Source: a virus
IMG/VR virus record: IMGVR_UViG_3300037296_000055
Span: 18,505 to 82,504 of that record
Direction: 5' to 3' (one strand)
Length of the DNA stretch: 64,000 nucleotides
Part shown: positions 55,663 to 64,000 of the stretch, in pieces
Layout: each line of letters starts with the position of its first letter
Position numbering within the stretch: position 1 is the first letter of the stretch
Made by a program: the position numbers and the translations under genes
Notes under the pieces: generated by a model
Database searches by the model: none
Told to the model about the DNA's origin: nothing
The model's input: the letters and a program-made list of their open reading frames with translations, nothing else

Positions 55663-55678
55663 TAACGTCCCCTGGTAG
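55663..55678 (-). promoter_or_regulatory. class B promoter-like repeat, variant copy 4
   Basis: Minus strand CTACCAGGGGACGTTA, 16-nt core identical to copies 1 and 3; upstream of nrdH. Confidence 0.7.
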
Positions 55679-55691
55679 GGGCCCTATGTTT

Positions 55692-55895
55692 TCAAGAGGT
55701 TACGGGTTTGAACTTTGAGCGAGAAAGCTTGATATTGTCCAGGATACCATCAGACCCCCGGACGTACTCCGCCTCATCGTTCTCCTTGTAGATCACAGGG
55801 TAGCGTTGACCCGCCGTGTAGAACTGGGTCGCGGCCGCCGTGCAGACCACCTCAGGAGGCTTGACCACCTTGGTAGATACTTCTGTTCCGGTCAT
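55692..55895 (-). CDS. hypothetical protein
   Basis: 67 aa; TGATG coupling. Confidence 0.6.
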   Translation of the reverse strand: MTGTEVSTKVVKPPEVVCTAAATQFYTAGQRYPVIYKENDEAEYVRGSDGILDNIKLSRSKFKPVTS

Positions 55896-56512
55896 CAGAG
55901 AGCTCCATACGATTTACGGTAAGCATCAGAGAGCGCACGGAAGTCTGCCGTGGCTTTCGTTGTCAGGCGAGAGTATTCCAAGTCAATGACCTGGGACGCA
56001 CAGTCGTCAGCAGCAGCGTGAGCCGTGCCAACCTTGTCCAGCTTGAACGTGTGAGGCTGAACCTCGATAGCAGTACGGACGTCCCGGACTTGCCAGAACT
56101 TCCAGGGTGAGGCCATCTCGTAGTCATCGAACAGAGAACCCAGAATGGTCATGTCGAAGTGAGTACCCCGAGCCCACCACTTCAGGTCCCGAGTGCTGAC
56201 CCGGTTAGACCAGTTCTGCAGAGCCCGCAGAGTGTCAGCGACCTTTGTCTGAGAGGCCTTTGCCTGACCCTCAATGACCTGAGTCCGTGCGGCCAGGTCT
56301 TGTTCCATCCAGAACATAGTAGTGCCCGGAGTCATTGTCCGGCCCACCTTGATTTGTTCCTCAGCATTCACATGGAAGTTGAACTTCCCGATGAACCGTC
56401 GCTCAGAGGACTTCCAAGCAAGAGCGCCGATCTCTGTGACCACCGCATCCGAGCTTGTCCCGAAGGTTTCCAGGTCAAGCATGATTTCGATATCGTCGTT
56501 AGTAGCGGCCAT
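55895..56512 (-). CDS. 3'-5' exonuclease (DEDDh, DUF5051-like)
   Basis: MLDLET, WARG..FD..IL, RDVRT, HAAADDC. Confidence 0.88.
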   Translation of the reverse strand: MAATNDDIEIMLDLETFGTSSDAVVTEIGALAWKSSERRFIGKFNFHVNAEEQIKVGRTMTPGTTMFWMEQDLAARTQVIEGQAKASQTKVADTLRALQNWSNRVSTRDLKWWARGTHFDMTILGSLFDDYEMASPWKFWQVRDVRTAIEVQPHTFKLDKVGTAHAAADDCASQVIDLEYSRLTTKATADFRALSDAYRKSYGAL

Positions 56513-56525
56513 GGGGCCTCCTATG

Positions 56526-56867
56526 TTATAAGTCAGTGTTTCGTCCGTCGTACTGAGTGACCCAGAGGCCAACCTCTCCGACGTCGTAGCCTACAGTCAC
56601 CGTGTCCGGCATGTCATCGATCCAGACGTCAGCGTAGACGCCATGCACCTTGAACAGATAGTCACGCTTAGCGACCCCGTTGGTACCTACGCAATGGTCC
56701 GCACCTATCAGTAGACCGATGCTTTCTTGAGCCTCCACCATGTGGTTCTGGTGTCTGGCAGAGACGCACCACACCTTGTGACCTCGCTGCATCAGGAGCC
56801 GCAGCGCTAGCTCCCAACCCAACGGGTCTCTGGTGTAGGTGTCATCATAGTCGATGCTCAGGATCAA
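56526..56867 (-). CDS. HAD-superfamily phosphatase
   Basis: SIDYDDT, VSAR, K, WIDDMP. Confidence 0.85.
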   Translation of the reverse strand: MILSIDYDDTYTRDPLGWELALRLLMQRGHKVWCVSARHQNHMVEAQESIGLLIGADHCVGTNGVAKRDYLFKVHGVYADVWIDDMPDTVTVGYDVGEVGLWVTQYDGRNTDL

Positions 56868-57160
56868 CCGAGCACCCACCAGTGTTGAAGCCGCATCAAC
56901 AGCAGGGACAGCGCAAGGAAGGCCATCCACCCGTGATGGAAGATGAACCAGTTCTTGGAGGTGTCCACCATGTTGTCAAAGTCGAAGACAGAACCGGGGC
57001 GGCCATGGCAGCGGCGGTGACCGCTGAAGTACTCTCTGATACTGTCACACTTGACCAGCATCTCGTACCACATCCGGAGGTAGCCGTACACCAGCAGCGC
57101 CAACAGGCAGAGACCAGCCAGGACAAGAGAGGTCTCTATAAGGGTCCAAGGGTGGCCCAT
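56864..57160 (-). CDS. two-TM membrane protein
   Basis: Hydrophobic N- and C-terminal segments. Confidence 0.6.
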   Translation of the reverse strand: MGHPWTLIETSLVLAGLCLLALLVYGYLRMWYEMLVKCDSIREYFSGHRRCHGRPGSVFDFDNMVDTSKNWFIFHHGWMAFLALSLLLMRLQHWWVLG

Positions 57161-57161
57161 A

Positions 57162-57752
57162 CTAGTGCCTCACAGTGTTCAGGATAGGAGCCCCCGGAGG
57201 CACGCCCAGCGGGTTAGGAGTGGAGTGAGCCGCGAACCAGCTGCCCAGCTCAGGACCCACAAGACGGAACATCGTCCGGGGCTCGTCCGTCGGGATGGCC
57301 CGATGAGGAACATTGTCCCCGATCCGATAGATGATATTGGGGAACATCTCCGACTCAGGACCCAGATCCTTGATGTGAGAGGCGTCACCCCACACACCGA
57401 TCTCATCATCATCAAGACGACGTTGGAAGAAGATCCCGCAGGATCCCCGCACAGAGTTGGCCAGGTAGATGTGTTCCCGGCCCCACTGGTTTCCGCCCCA
57501 GGCCATCACAGGGCCCTTGTCTTCTGGCCAAGCCCACCGTTCAGTGTGGACCCCGCCCCTGGATTTCTTCTGAGCCCCGCGCTCGGTCTCGCGGATCGTC
57601 AAGTAGCAAACCTGGCCCTGAAGGCTAGGGTGACGGATGCTTTCAATGATAGGAAGGAAGTCATGGAGCTCCTTCGGAATAGAACCTGTCTCGCCCTTGA
57701 TGAAGGGCATCATGTTGACATCACGGTTTTGGCGTGTGGGGAACTCGATCAT
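57162..57752 (-). CDS. putative 2OG-Fe(II) dioxygenase-like protein
   Basis: RGGVHTE (HxE), PHRA (distal His), RTMFRL (Arg strand). Confidence 0.55.
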   Translation of the reverse strand: MIEFPTRQNRDVNMMPFIKGETGSIPKELHDFLPIIESIRHPSLQGQVCYLTIRETERGAQKKSRGGVHTERWAWPEDKGPVMAWGGNQWGREHIYLANSVRGSCGIFFQRRLDDDEIGVWGDASHIKDLGPESEMFPNIIYRIGDNVPHRAIPTDEPRTMFRLVGPELGSWFAAHSTPNPLGVPPGAPILNTVRH

Positions 57753-57761
57753 TATGATCTC

Positions 57762-57941
57762 CTATTTTTTCTGGATAGCGCGTTGTTGCCTATCTAGCTG
57801 GCGGTCTTGGCGATCCATGCGCAGTCGGAAGCGCAGCTGATCATCCTCAAGTCTCTTGACACGCGCCTTCAGGCTGTCGCTCTGTATGATAGACACGATG
57901 AGCAAGACCAGGATGGCAACGTCAAGTATCATTTCGATCAT
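57762..57941 (-). CDS. small TM plus coiled-coil protein (59 aa, not in ORF track)
   Basis: MIEMILDVAILVLLIVSII...; ATGA overlap. Confidence 0.55.
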   Translation of the reverse strand: MIEMILDVAILVLLIVSIIQSDSLKARVKRLEDDQLRFRLRMDRQDRQLDRQQRAIQKK

Positions 57942-58441
57942 GGTATAGGGAGTCCTCTCGTTTGTTCAGAGATGCAGGGGGTAGAGAAGCGTTTGAAGAA
58001 CGCCTTGTTGGAGATGGTCAGGTCGACCAGGACAGTGCCCCCTGTCGCGAAGGCACGTGGGTACTGCTGGATGGTGCCCACGACCAGGTGGAAGCCCGAG
58101 CGTAGGACCAGGCCCCGGACGGTCTCGTCCGAGTTGTAGTTGTTCTCCATCAGCAGGACCGTGGCGTCTAGCGAAGGGTCCCGGATGATGCAGGGCAGGG
58201 ACTTGACCCGACCGGCGCTCTGGTGGTAGTTCAGAGTACCGTGGAAGGGTTTGTATTCCTTCTTGTCCATCTTGTTGTGGATCACCCCGATGCCCTTGGG
58301 ATGCTCCGACCAGATGACGATGCCGGTCTTCGGCCCTGTCTGCAGGACAACAGTGGTACTCCCGTCCTTCTGGACCAGCATTGGCCAGGACGGAGGCGGT
58401 GGAGCAGGGCGGTTACGTTTCCGTGTTACCAGTGTAGACAT
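57938..58441 (-). CDS. tandem-duplicated small beta-rich domain protein
   Basis: WPML..TVVL..GIVI..G..PFHG repeated as LPCII..TVLL..GLVL..G. Confidence 0.7.
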   Translation of the reverse strand: MSTLVTRKRNRPAPPPPSWPMLVQKDGSTTVVLQTGPKTGIVIWSEHPKGIGVIHNKMDKKEYKPFHGTLNYHQSAGRVKSLPCIIRDPSLDATVLLMENNYNSDETVRGLVLRSGFHLVVGTIQQYPRAFATGGTVLVDLTISNKAFFKRFSTPCISEQTRGLPIP

Positions 58442-58450
58442 TGTAGTCTC

Positions 58451-58684
58451 CTATCTCTGGGTGATCAGGTGAGCAAGCATCAGCGAGGTCTTCTCTTCCG
58501 GTGTGGTTCTCCGGTAGAGGTCGCCCACGCCCCCGCAGTTATCGCAGGGACACAGGCCTGTCTTGGTTCGCATGCCACGGACCCGGACATCGCCGGATCC
58601 ATCGCACACTTCGCACTCTCCATCCTTGATCAGATCAAAGTTGGGGAGCGGCCGGGGCTTACGGCTGAAGGGCCACCAGCTCAT
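58451..58684 (-). CDS. DnaJ-type zinc-finger protein
   Basis: CEVCDGSG and CDNCGGVG. Confidence 0.7.
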   Translation of the reverse strand: MSWWPFSRKPRPLPNFDLIKDGECEVCDGSGDVRVRGMRTKTGLCPCDNCGGVGDLYRRTTPEEKTSLMLAHLITQR

Positions 58685-59124
58685 GGCAGATACCGTCGGT
58701 TCGCAAAGCCACGCGGCTCATTCAGGGTCTCGGAGTCCAGGATGACCGGCCAGGGGAACCAGTCGTGGCATGGCAGCTGCTTGAGCTCCCCGATGAAGTG
58801 ATGCTGACCGCCCGTCCGTACGAGGACAGAACGTGTCTGGTTGGGATGCCCGATCCACACACCCCCCCGCCCTGACTCGTGGTAGAGATGGTGCAGGCTG
58901 CGGTTACTGTTTCCCCGGAGGTTCTCTAGGGTGATGACCCCATGATACGGGCGTAAGGCCCCCTCTGCTTCAAGCGACCGCAGACTGCGGAACTGGCCCA
59001 GCACGTTGGGGTAGTCCGGCGAGTGAACCAGTACGGATTGGTAGTCTCCCCCTTCACGTTGGAGGTAGACGTTCCCTGAGCGGATGTCCTGCACAAGGGA
59101 TGCTTGCTCAGAACCTTGCATCAA
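58681..59124 (-). CDS. tandem-duplicated small beta-rich domain protein
   Basis: SVLVHS..LG..PYHGVITLEN and SVLVRT..IG. Confidence 0.65.
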   Translation of the reverse strand: MMQGSEQASLVQDIRSGNVYLQREGGDYQSVLVHSPDYPNVLGQFRSLRSLEAEGALRPYHGVITLENLRGNSNRSLHHLYHESGRGGVWIGHPNQTRSVLVRTGGQHHFIGELKQLPCHDWFPWPVILDSETLNEPRGFANRRYLP

Positions 59125-59302
59125 GCATCTCCTTCAGCTCAGCACGATCGGGCATTTTCTTCGAGAGCATCATGCAGATCAGCTCCTCCTGAGCATTATA
59201 CCACTTGTCCGACTTCTTGCGGAAGTAGTTCAACCGGAGCTGTTGCATGAGGATGATCAGCGCCATCAGCATGACTATGTATACCGTATACTCTATTGGC
59301 AT
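59108..59302 (-). CDS. small membrane protein
   Basis: N-terminal TM; AGGAGG RBS. Confidence 0.6.
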   Translation of the reverse strand: MPIEYTVYIVMLMALIILMQQLRLNYFRKKSDKWYNAQEELICMMLSKKMPDRAELKEMLDARF

Positions 59303-59310
59303 TACGCCTC

Positions 59311-61047
59311 CTATGGTGTTGTGGACTCCTGCAGCACACCATTTACCAACATGAACTCTGTATCAGAGCTTGCCGGAGCCTTCTGCAGTCGTCCGGTGGG
59401 TCGGTGGTAGATCATCTCTCCCGCGTTCCCTGTGAGGCCGGTATGGCGACACTTCAGGACCCGGAAAGAAATGGTATTCTTCTCCCGCTCATCGAAAGCG
59501 ACAGTGTTACGTGCGAAGGCAATGATGTCCATCGCGATCTGTTTGGTGGAGCCAGAACCACGGATGTCGTCCATGGAAGGCATACCACCCTCTTCAAAGG
59601 ACTGTGCCCGTCCGGAAGTCTTCCGAAGGTGCGACACCAGCCCGATCCAGACATTGTAACGCTTGACCAGTCGTAGTAGGTCATTCATCACTTTGTCCTG
59701 AGCTTCAAGACCGTCCTTGCCCTCAACGCCCTCAGAGATCATGATGGTGAGGTGGTCAATGAAGATGTACTTTACGCCTGAGGCGCACATGAACTCAACC
59801 AGGTCAATAACACGACTATCAGTAGCAGCACCCGCGTGATCAAGAACCACAATTCGACCGTCTGCAAACACCTGATCGAAACCAGTTCGAAGCTCTTCGA
59901 GGGGAATAGACTCCTCAGCTGGGTTTCGGTTAAGAGCAAGTCCTGATAGCTTCCTCGTAGTTTCTCCCGGAGACTCCTCAAGCGCGACAATTCCGATCTT
60001 TTCCTCTGTTGCGGTCTTCAGGTTCCAGGCCATCTCTCGAACGATGGAAGACTTACCTGTGCCAGAGCCCGAGGTCAGCAGTGTGATCTCTCCAAGGCGC
60101 ATGCCCTGAAGCTTCTCGTTCAGTCCCTCCATCATGGCCGGATACGGTTGAGACTTTACCTCATCGTACTTGACCAACTCGGCCCACAGGTCCTCACCGG
60201 AAAGCAGACCGGAAGGGTTGTAGGGCTTCGGAGCGAACAGTGCGTCCAGGACCTTGTTCACACCGTCCTTGAGACCGTCCCCTAACATCAGGGTAGCATT
60301 AGCATCCTTCTGTTCTGAGCTCACAAGCTTGACTCGTTCAAAACCAAGGATCTTTGCTGCCTTGGCAACCGCCTTCTGACCTTCCTCGTCGTTGTCCAGC
60401 CATAGTAGGATCTCGTCAAACTTCAGCAGGGTCTCCCGGTCATTCAACAGGAAGTCTGTCTGAGAGCTCGATCCCATCGACACCACGGGGAACGTACGAC
60501 CCCAACGAGTCAGGTTGGCGACCTGGACAGCGATAGTGTCCTCTTCACCTTCCGTGATCACGAGCTTCTTACCGCCTGACCGGAAGTGTTCAAGACCGAA
60601 GATGCCTGAGACACTCCCGACCGAAAACTGTGATGCTTTGTCCTTAGGGTTCTTCGTCTTATACCCGGTGATCTCTGTGGCCGAAGCCTCAACGATCGGG
60701 AAGAAGAACCGATTGATCTCTCCGTCCGCTCCGTAGCGGGCTTTGACACCGTAGAACTCCATTGCTTCCTTTGTAAGACGACGCTGAGCGTTGCCTCGGG
60801 AACCAAGGAGCGCAATCTCCTCCATCGTGATGGTGGGCTTGCCAGTAGTAGTGGTTGGAGCCATGTAGACGCCATCCTCCTCTGCAGTAGTGTGGTCGGA
60901 GTCGGCCCAGCGGAAAGCTTTCCCGCCGCACTTCCCGGAGTTACAGAACCCCGCTCCGCTTTCAAAGTGAGTCGCTGCGTCAGAAGACTTACCGCAAGGG
61001 CAAGGCTGTCCGTAACGCAGGACCCGTGATTTAGTTTTAGTTGTCAT
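59311..61047 (-). CDS. DNA primase-helicase (T7 gp4-like)
   Basis: Zn finger CPC..SSDA..C..C, TOPRIM ITEGEED/DND, Walker A SGSGTGKS, IDHL, VSHLRK, RGSG. Confidence 0.95.
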   Translation of the reverse strand: MTTKTKSRVLRYGQPCPCGKSSDAATHFESGAGFCNSGKCGGKAFRWADSDHTTAEEDGVYMAPTTTTGKPTITMEEIALLGSRGNAQRRLTKEAMEFYGVKARYGADGEINRFFFPIVEASATEITGYKTKNPKDKASQFSVGSVSGIFGLEHFRSGGKKLVITEGEEDTIAVQVANLTRWGRTFPVVSMGSSSQTDFLLNDRETLLKFDEILLWLDNDEEGQKAVAKAAKILGFERVKLVSSEQKDANATLMLGDGLKDGVNKVLDALFAPKPYNPSGLLSGEDLWAELVKYDEVKSQPYPAMMEGLNEKLQGMRLGEITLLTSGSGTGKSSIVREMAWNLKTATEEKIGIVALEESPGETTRKLSGLALNRNPAEESIPLEELRTGFDQVFADGRIVVLDHAGAATDSRVIDLVEFMCASGVKYIFIDHLTIMISEGVEGKDGLEAQDKVMNDLLRLVKRYNVWIGLVSHLRKTSGRAQSFEEGGMPSMDDIRGSGSTKQIAMDIIAFARNTVAFDEREKNTISFRVLKCRHTGLTGNAGEMIYHRPTGRLQKAPASSDTEFMLVNGVLQESTTP

Positions 61048-61065
61048 GTCAGTAGTAGCAACTCC

Positions 61066-61359
61066 TTAGAGGAATTTAGCCAAGAACATCTCCCGCTCGT
61101 AAGCGTCAACGTTATACTTTAGCCCGAGCTCTTGTACAAGCTCAGTGAGGTTCTCCACATCGTCGGGAACCAGAGTTTCAAACCAATCGCCATCCTCAGG
61201 GTCCGAAGCGTCCACAACGGACACTCCGGCACAGAAGCCTTCTTCCCAGACCAGTACAGCATTCTTGCCGACCAGTGTGAGGACCTCTTCTAGAGTCTTC
61301 TCGGAGTTCACGTTGCCGTTGATCCAGGGAAAGACGATAGTTTGTTCAGTAGCAATCAT
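61066..61359 (-). CDS. hypothetical acidic protein
   Basis: 97 aa with TAAGGA RBS. Confidence 0.65.
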   Translation of the reverse strand: MIATEQTIVFPWINGNVNSEKTLEEVLTLVGKNAVLVWEEGFCAGVSVVDASDPEDGDWFETLVPDDVENLTELVQELGLKYNVDAYEREMFLAKFL

Positions 61360-61371
61360 TAGTAGCCGTCC

Positions 61372-61500
61372 TTATTGTTCAGGGGCCGTAATAGTGGTGG
61401 TCGCAGCAGAGTCCGGAGTGTTATCCAAGACGTGCAGCATGGTCAAAGTCACCAGGAACCCTATCAGGGCCGCGATCATGATGCTGTTGCCTTCGTTCAT
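61372..61500 (-). CDS. small membrane protein (42 aa, not in ORF track)
   Basis: MNEGNSIMIAALIGFLVTLTML...; GGAGGAG RBS; ATGA overlap. Confidence 0.5.
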   Translation of the reverse strand: MNEGNSIMIAALIGFLVTLTMLHVLDNTPDSAATTTITAPEQ

Positions 61501-61811
61501 GGAAGCTCCTCCCCAAGGCCATGCTCCCGAATAAGCTCACCGACCCGTTGGGCCCAGCGAGCGTGTTGGAACTGACCGATCCGGACACGGCGTCCGCTCG
61601 GTGTGATGATGGACAGGCCATGGGACGTATCCCAGTGCCCTGCCTGCAGACGACCCTCTTTCTTCAGAGCGTCTTCACGAGCCTCCGCACAGTAGCTCGG
61701 ATGGTATTGTACCGGCTTCAGCTCCTGCTGGGGCTTGTCCGGTGCGGGCACGATGGCCCCTTTGTTGTACGGGGGTTCGGTCACGTGCGGCATCAGCAGT
61801 ACCCCGTGCAA
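61497..61811 (-). CDS. hypothetical protein
   Basis: About 97-104 aa; probable start MPHVTE. Confidence 0.55.
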   Translation of the reverse strand: MHGVLLMPHVTEPPYNKGAIVPAPDKPQQELKPVQYHPSYCAEAREDALKKEGRLQAGHWDTSHGLSIITPSGRRVRIGQFQHARWAQRVGELIREHGLGEELP

Positions 61812-61960
61812 GGAGCTTCGCCGCAGGTCTTGCAGGTGTCTGACTGAGGTGCGTATCCACAGACCTCATAGGAGTTCCCGTTATAGGTATCGGCCCCGCA
61901 CTCTTCGCAGGTCCCGTTAGGTGGGTTAGACCGGCTTTCGCCCTGTGGTTCACAACACAT
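61793..61960 (-). CDS. Cys-rich miniprotein
   Basis: 55 aa with 9 Cys (MCC..CEECG..C..CKTCG..PC...C); TAATG coupling. Confidence 0.65.
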   Translation of the reverse strand: MCCEPQGESRSNPPNGTCEECGADTYNGNSYEVCGYAPQSDTCKTCGEAPCTGYC

Positions 61961-62172
61961 TACTTTGGTTCCTCCAGATAGTACCGGACCATTGCCAGCT
62001 TGAAGCAATCGATAGTCCGCTCTACCCCTTGTGTTTCATCGAACACGATCACGTCGTTTGTGTGAGCGTACTTATCAACGTCAACAACCACCAGGACCCC
62101 CTCAGCACCATCAGCTCGATGATACCGTTGTCCTACTTTGATGTTATAGACGTCAGCCTGAGTGGTTGCCAT
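61960..62172 (-). CDS. hypothetical protein (SH3/KOW-like)
   Basis: IKVGQRY...LVVVDV; AGGAG RBS. Confidence 0.6.
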   Translation of the reverse strand: MATTQADVYNIKVGQRYHRADGAEGVLVVVDVDKYAHTNDVIVFDETQGVERTIDCFKLAMVRYYLEEPK

Positions 62173-62175
62173 ACG

Positions 62176-62463
62176 TCACTCCTGTGTGATGGTGATGGAG
62201 TCCCCTTCAGGAGCCCAGTGTAGCGAGCTCAGGAGCTGCTGGGTCAGAGGGACCACCACCATGGTTTCGAGGTTCAGGGCGACCTTGCCCACGATAGTGT
62301 CAGTCCGGAACCCACCGACCCCGGCGTAAGCAAAGGCCTGAGAAGCCAGGATCAGGTACCGGGTGCTGGTGTACTGGGCCACGTCCGTGTTACGGCGATA
62401 GAACCCCGGCGCACCGTACTCCGGCAGCTCCGGCTCCTTCTTGCTAGTGATCTCATGCTTCAT
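62176..62463 (-). CDS. PG-F-Y family small protein
   Basis: MK..I..PGFY...GDSITITQE. Confidence 0.6.
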   Translation of the reverse strand: MKHEITSKKEPELPEYGAPGFYRRNTDVAQYTSTRYLILASQAFAYAGVGGFRTDTIVGKVALNLETMVVVPLTQQLLSSLHWAPEGDSITITQE

Positions 62464-62707
62464 GATGCTGCTCCAGGCGTACGGACGCGCCAATGTTGAG
62501 AGGGAGAAGACGGTCCAGGGACATGTCAGTGGGGTTGAAGGACTCCAGCGTCTTCAGGTTGGTCAGGATAGCCACAGCCGCCTTATCTTCCGTCCGTGGG
62601 GCGTAGCTCAGCAGGTACAGCGTCTGGGCACTGTCCCAGCCTGTGTAGAGACCGGCCGCCCGCTTGGGCAACTTTGCTGGGGGCGTGTCTATGATTGTTG
62701 CTTTCAT
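62453..62707 (-). CDS. PG-F-Y family small protein
   Basis: MK..I..AGLY...GASVRLEQ. Confidence 0.6.
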   Translation of the reverse strand: MKATIIDTPPAKLPKRAAGLYTGWDSAQTLYLLSYAPRTEDKAAVAILTNLKTLESFNPTDMSLDRLLPLNIGASVRLEQHHEA

Positions 62708-62931
62708 GGTTGCACCAGCTCCACCAGAGTACCGGATTTTACCCGCTTGAACTCACCGCCCAGACGGGCAAGGGCATGGCTGTTCTGCGTTGCCATGCAG
62801 GTGAGGGTCCCATGCCCCTGAAGACCCTCGTGGTTGGTCCAGAGGAAGAGCAAGTGCCCCCGCCCGTCCGTGTAGAAGCCAGGATCCCCGTGGAGACCCT
62901 CCTTCTCGTTTTCCTTGATCTTGAACTTCAT
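62704..62931 (-). CDS. PG-F-Y family small protein
   Basis: MK..I..PGFY...GTLVELVQ. Confidence 0.6.
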   Translation of the reverse strand: MKFKIKENEKEGLHGDPGFYTDGRGHLLFLWTNHEGLQGHGTLTCMATQNSHALARLGGEFKRVKSGTLVELVQP

Positions 62932-62946
62932 CTCATTACTCCTGGG

Positions 62947-63273
62947 TTATGTTGATGTGAACATCAGAAACGCCGTGTCATAGTAGGGCTTGTCCTCTCC
63001 CGTCTTCTCCTCGTAAGGGTTCGGGGTGATGGCGCAAGCGGAATAGATGTTGGCTTCCCAACCGGTGAGACCAAAGTAGTCTGCAGCTTCCCCCATTATG
63101 GAGTTGAGGCTGAGCGCGTCCCAGCCGTCACCACAATAAACTCCGGCCATGCGCGTCCCGTCCTCCGTGTAACCGTCGAACCAACCCGAAGGATGGAACG
63201 TGAAGTTACGTCGGAGGTCGTATACGGCGAACATGTGCTCGAAGGGTTTGTTTACGGGATCTAGATTTGTCAA
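62947..63273 (-). CDS. hypothetical protein
   Basis: 108 aa; TTG start with TAAGGA RBS. Confidence 0.6.
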   Translation of the reverse strand: MTNLDPVNKPFEHMFAVYDLRRNFTFHPSGWFDGYTEDGTRMAGVYCGDGWDALSLNSIMGEAADYFGLTGWEANIYSACAITPNPYEEKTGEDKPYYDTAFLMFTST

Positions 63274-63274
63274 G

Positions 63275-63721
63275 TTAGGTTTCCTTAGGAAAGGGATACT
63301 TCTTCCTGTACTGAGCGAGCCGACGCTTGTGACGGTCTGTCACGGGCTCGGTCACCTTCCAGGAGATCTTGTCAATCAGACGGTTCATGAATTCAGAGTT
63401 GTTGCTAGGAGTCTCACAGAACACCTGACTCCAGACCTCAGCAAACGCCAGCCCTCCGATCGTGGAGTACTGCTCAATGATGATGAAGTCGAAGCGGTCT
63501 TTGCTCTTCTCCATGATCCGCCGATTGATCTCTGTAGAGGACGAAGTGTACTGACGCCAGGCTGACTCAACTCCTTTGTTGAACTTGCCACGACCTCGGA
63601 ACCACTTCCGCCCGATATATTTCTCGTGAGTGTCTTTGTCCACGATCATGTAGATGAACCCGACAGCAATGTCAGGCTCGAAGTTACGCGGGTAGAAGTT
63701 CCAGTGACCGAGTTGCTTCAT
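63275..63721 (-). CDS. GIY-YIG-family endonuclease-like protein
   Basis: GFIYMI......KYIGRK, WRQYTSSS, AEV. Confidence 0.75.
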   Translation of the reverse strand: MKQLGHWNFYPRNFEPDIAVGFIYMIVDKDTHEKYIGRKWFRGRGKFNKGVESAWRQYTSSSTEINRRIMEKSKDRFDFIIIEQYSTIGGLAFAEVWSQVFCETPSNNSEFMNRLIDKISWKVTEPVTDRHKRRLAQYRKKYPFPKET

Positions 63722-64000
63722 CTTTTAGCTCCAGGTAGCGATCGATGCTGAAGCTGTCGCCCCAGTGTCGCCACAGAAAAAGTAGAGTTCCGGAGAAAAG
63801 GAAGCGTGATGTACCCTCCTCCATGCCGTACCGTTCCCGGTAGACATCCAGTGGGTCAACACCCTTCAGGAGGAACGCCTCAGCCTTCTTGGGTCCGATA
63901 CCATCAAGGCCGGGGATCCGGTCCATGTAGTCGCCCAGGAAGAACTGATACTGTAGATAGCGGAATGACTGTGCCACGGTGACATCCTGAAATTCCTGCT
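63684..64000 (-). CDS. 5'-3' exonuclease/flap endonuclease, C-terminal part (truncated by window edge)
   Basis: LGDYMDRIPGLDGIGPKKA helix-3-turn-helix motif. Confidence 0.8.
   Translation of the reverse strand, partial: QEFQDVTVAQSFRYLQYQFFLGDYMDRIPGLDGIGPKKAEAFLLKGVDPLDVYRERYGMEEGTSRFLFSGTLLFLWRHWGDSFSIDRYLELKDEATRSLELLPA

Noticed and set aside
7783-61047. Inteins in TerL, NrdE or primase-helicase
   Set aside because: Lengths are ordinary and no intein splice motifs were seen.
63275-63721. Mobile intron or homing-endonuclease element
   Set aside because: Free-standing short GIY-YIG-like ORF with no evident DNA-binding tail or interrupted host gene; mobility is unsupported.

Overview
This 64 kb window is part of a dsDNA tailed-phage genome with a siphovirus-type morphogenesis module. 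The host is probably an alphaproteobacterium, inferred from RcGTA-like head-spike genes and the spanin style. Layout: (1) 1-5.8 kb, minus-strand small early-type genes with several paralog families and a MazG-like gene. (2) 5.8-6.3 kb, a divergent control region with two classes of repeated promoter-like elements and a highly structured putative ncRNA. (3) 6.3-39.0 kb, plus-strand virion and lysis genes: terminase, a tail-tube paralog, an esterase fibre, head spike, endolysin/holin, PhoH, portal, scaffold, capsid, head-tail genes, a frameshifted tail chaperone, a 2348-aa tape measure and the tail tip. (4) 39.1-64 kb, minus-strand metabolic and replication genes: a phiEco32-type amidoligase/ATP-grasp/GATase cluster, spanins, class Ib RNR (nrdH/I/E/F), dCMP deaminase, four tandem H-x-G-x-CCG paralogs, exonucleases and a T7 gp4-like primase-helicase. 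The most striking feature is a 1506-aa protein between portal and scaffold that fuses a MuF/SPP1-gp7 minor head domain to a T7-like single-subunit RNA polymerase with all catalytic motifs. It is a candidate virion-packaged RNAP, and candidate cognate promoters and shared leader elements are visible in the DNA. No tRNA, CRISPR array, integrase or DNA polymerase was seen in the window. All product calls come from motif recognition by eye; no database search was run.
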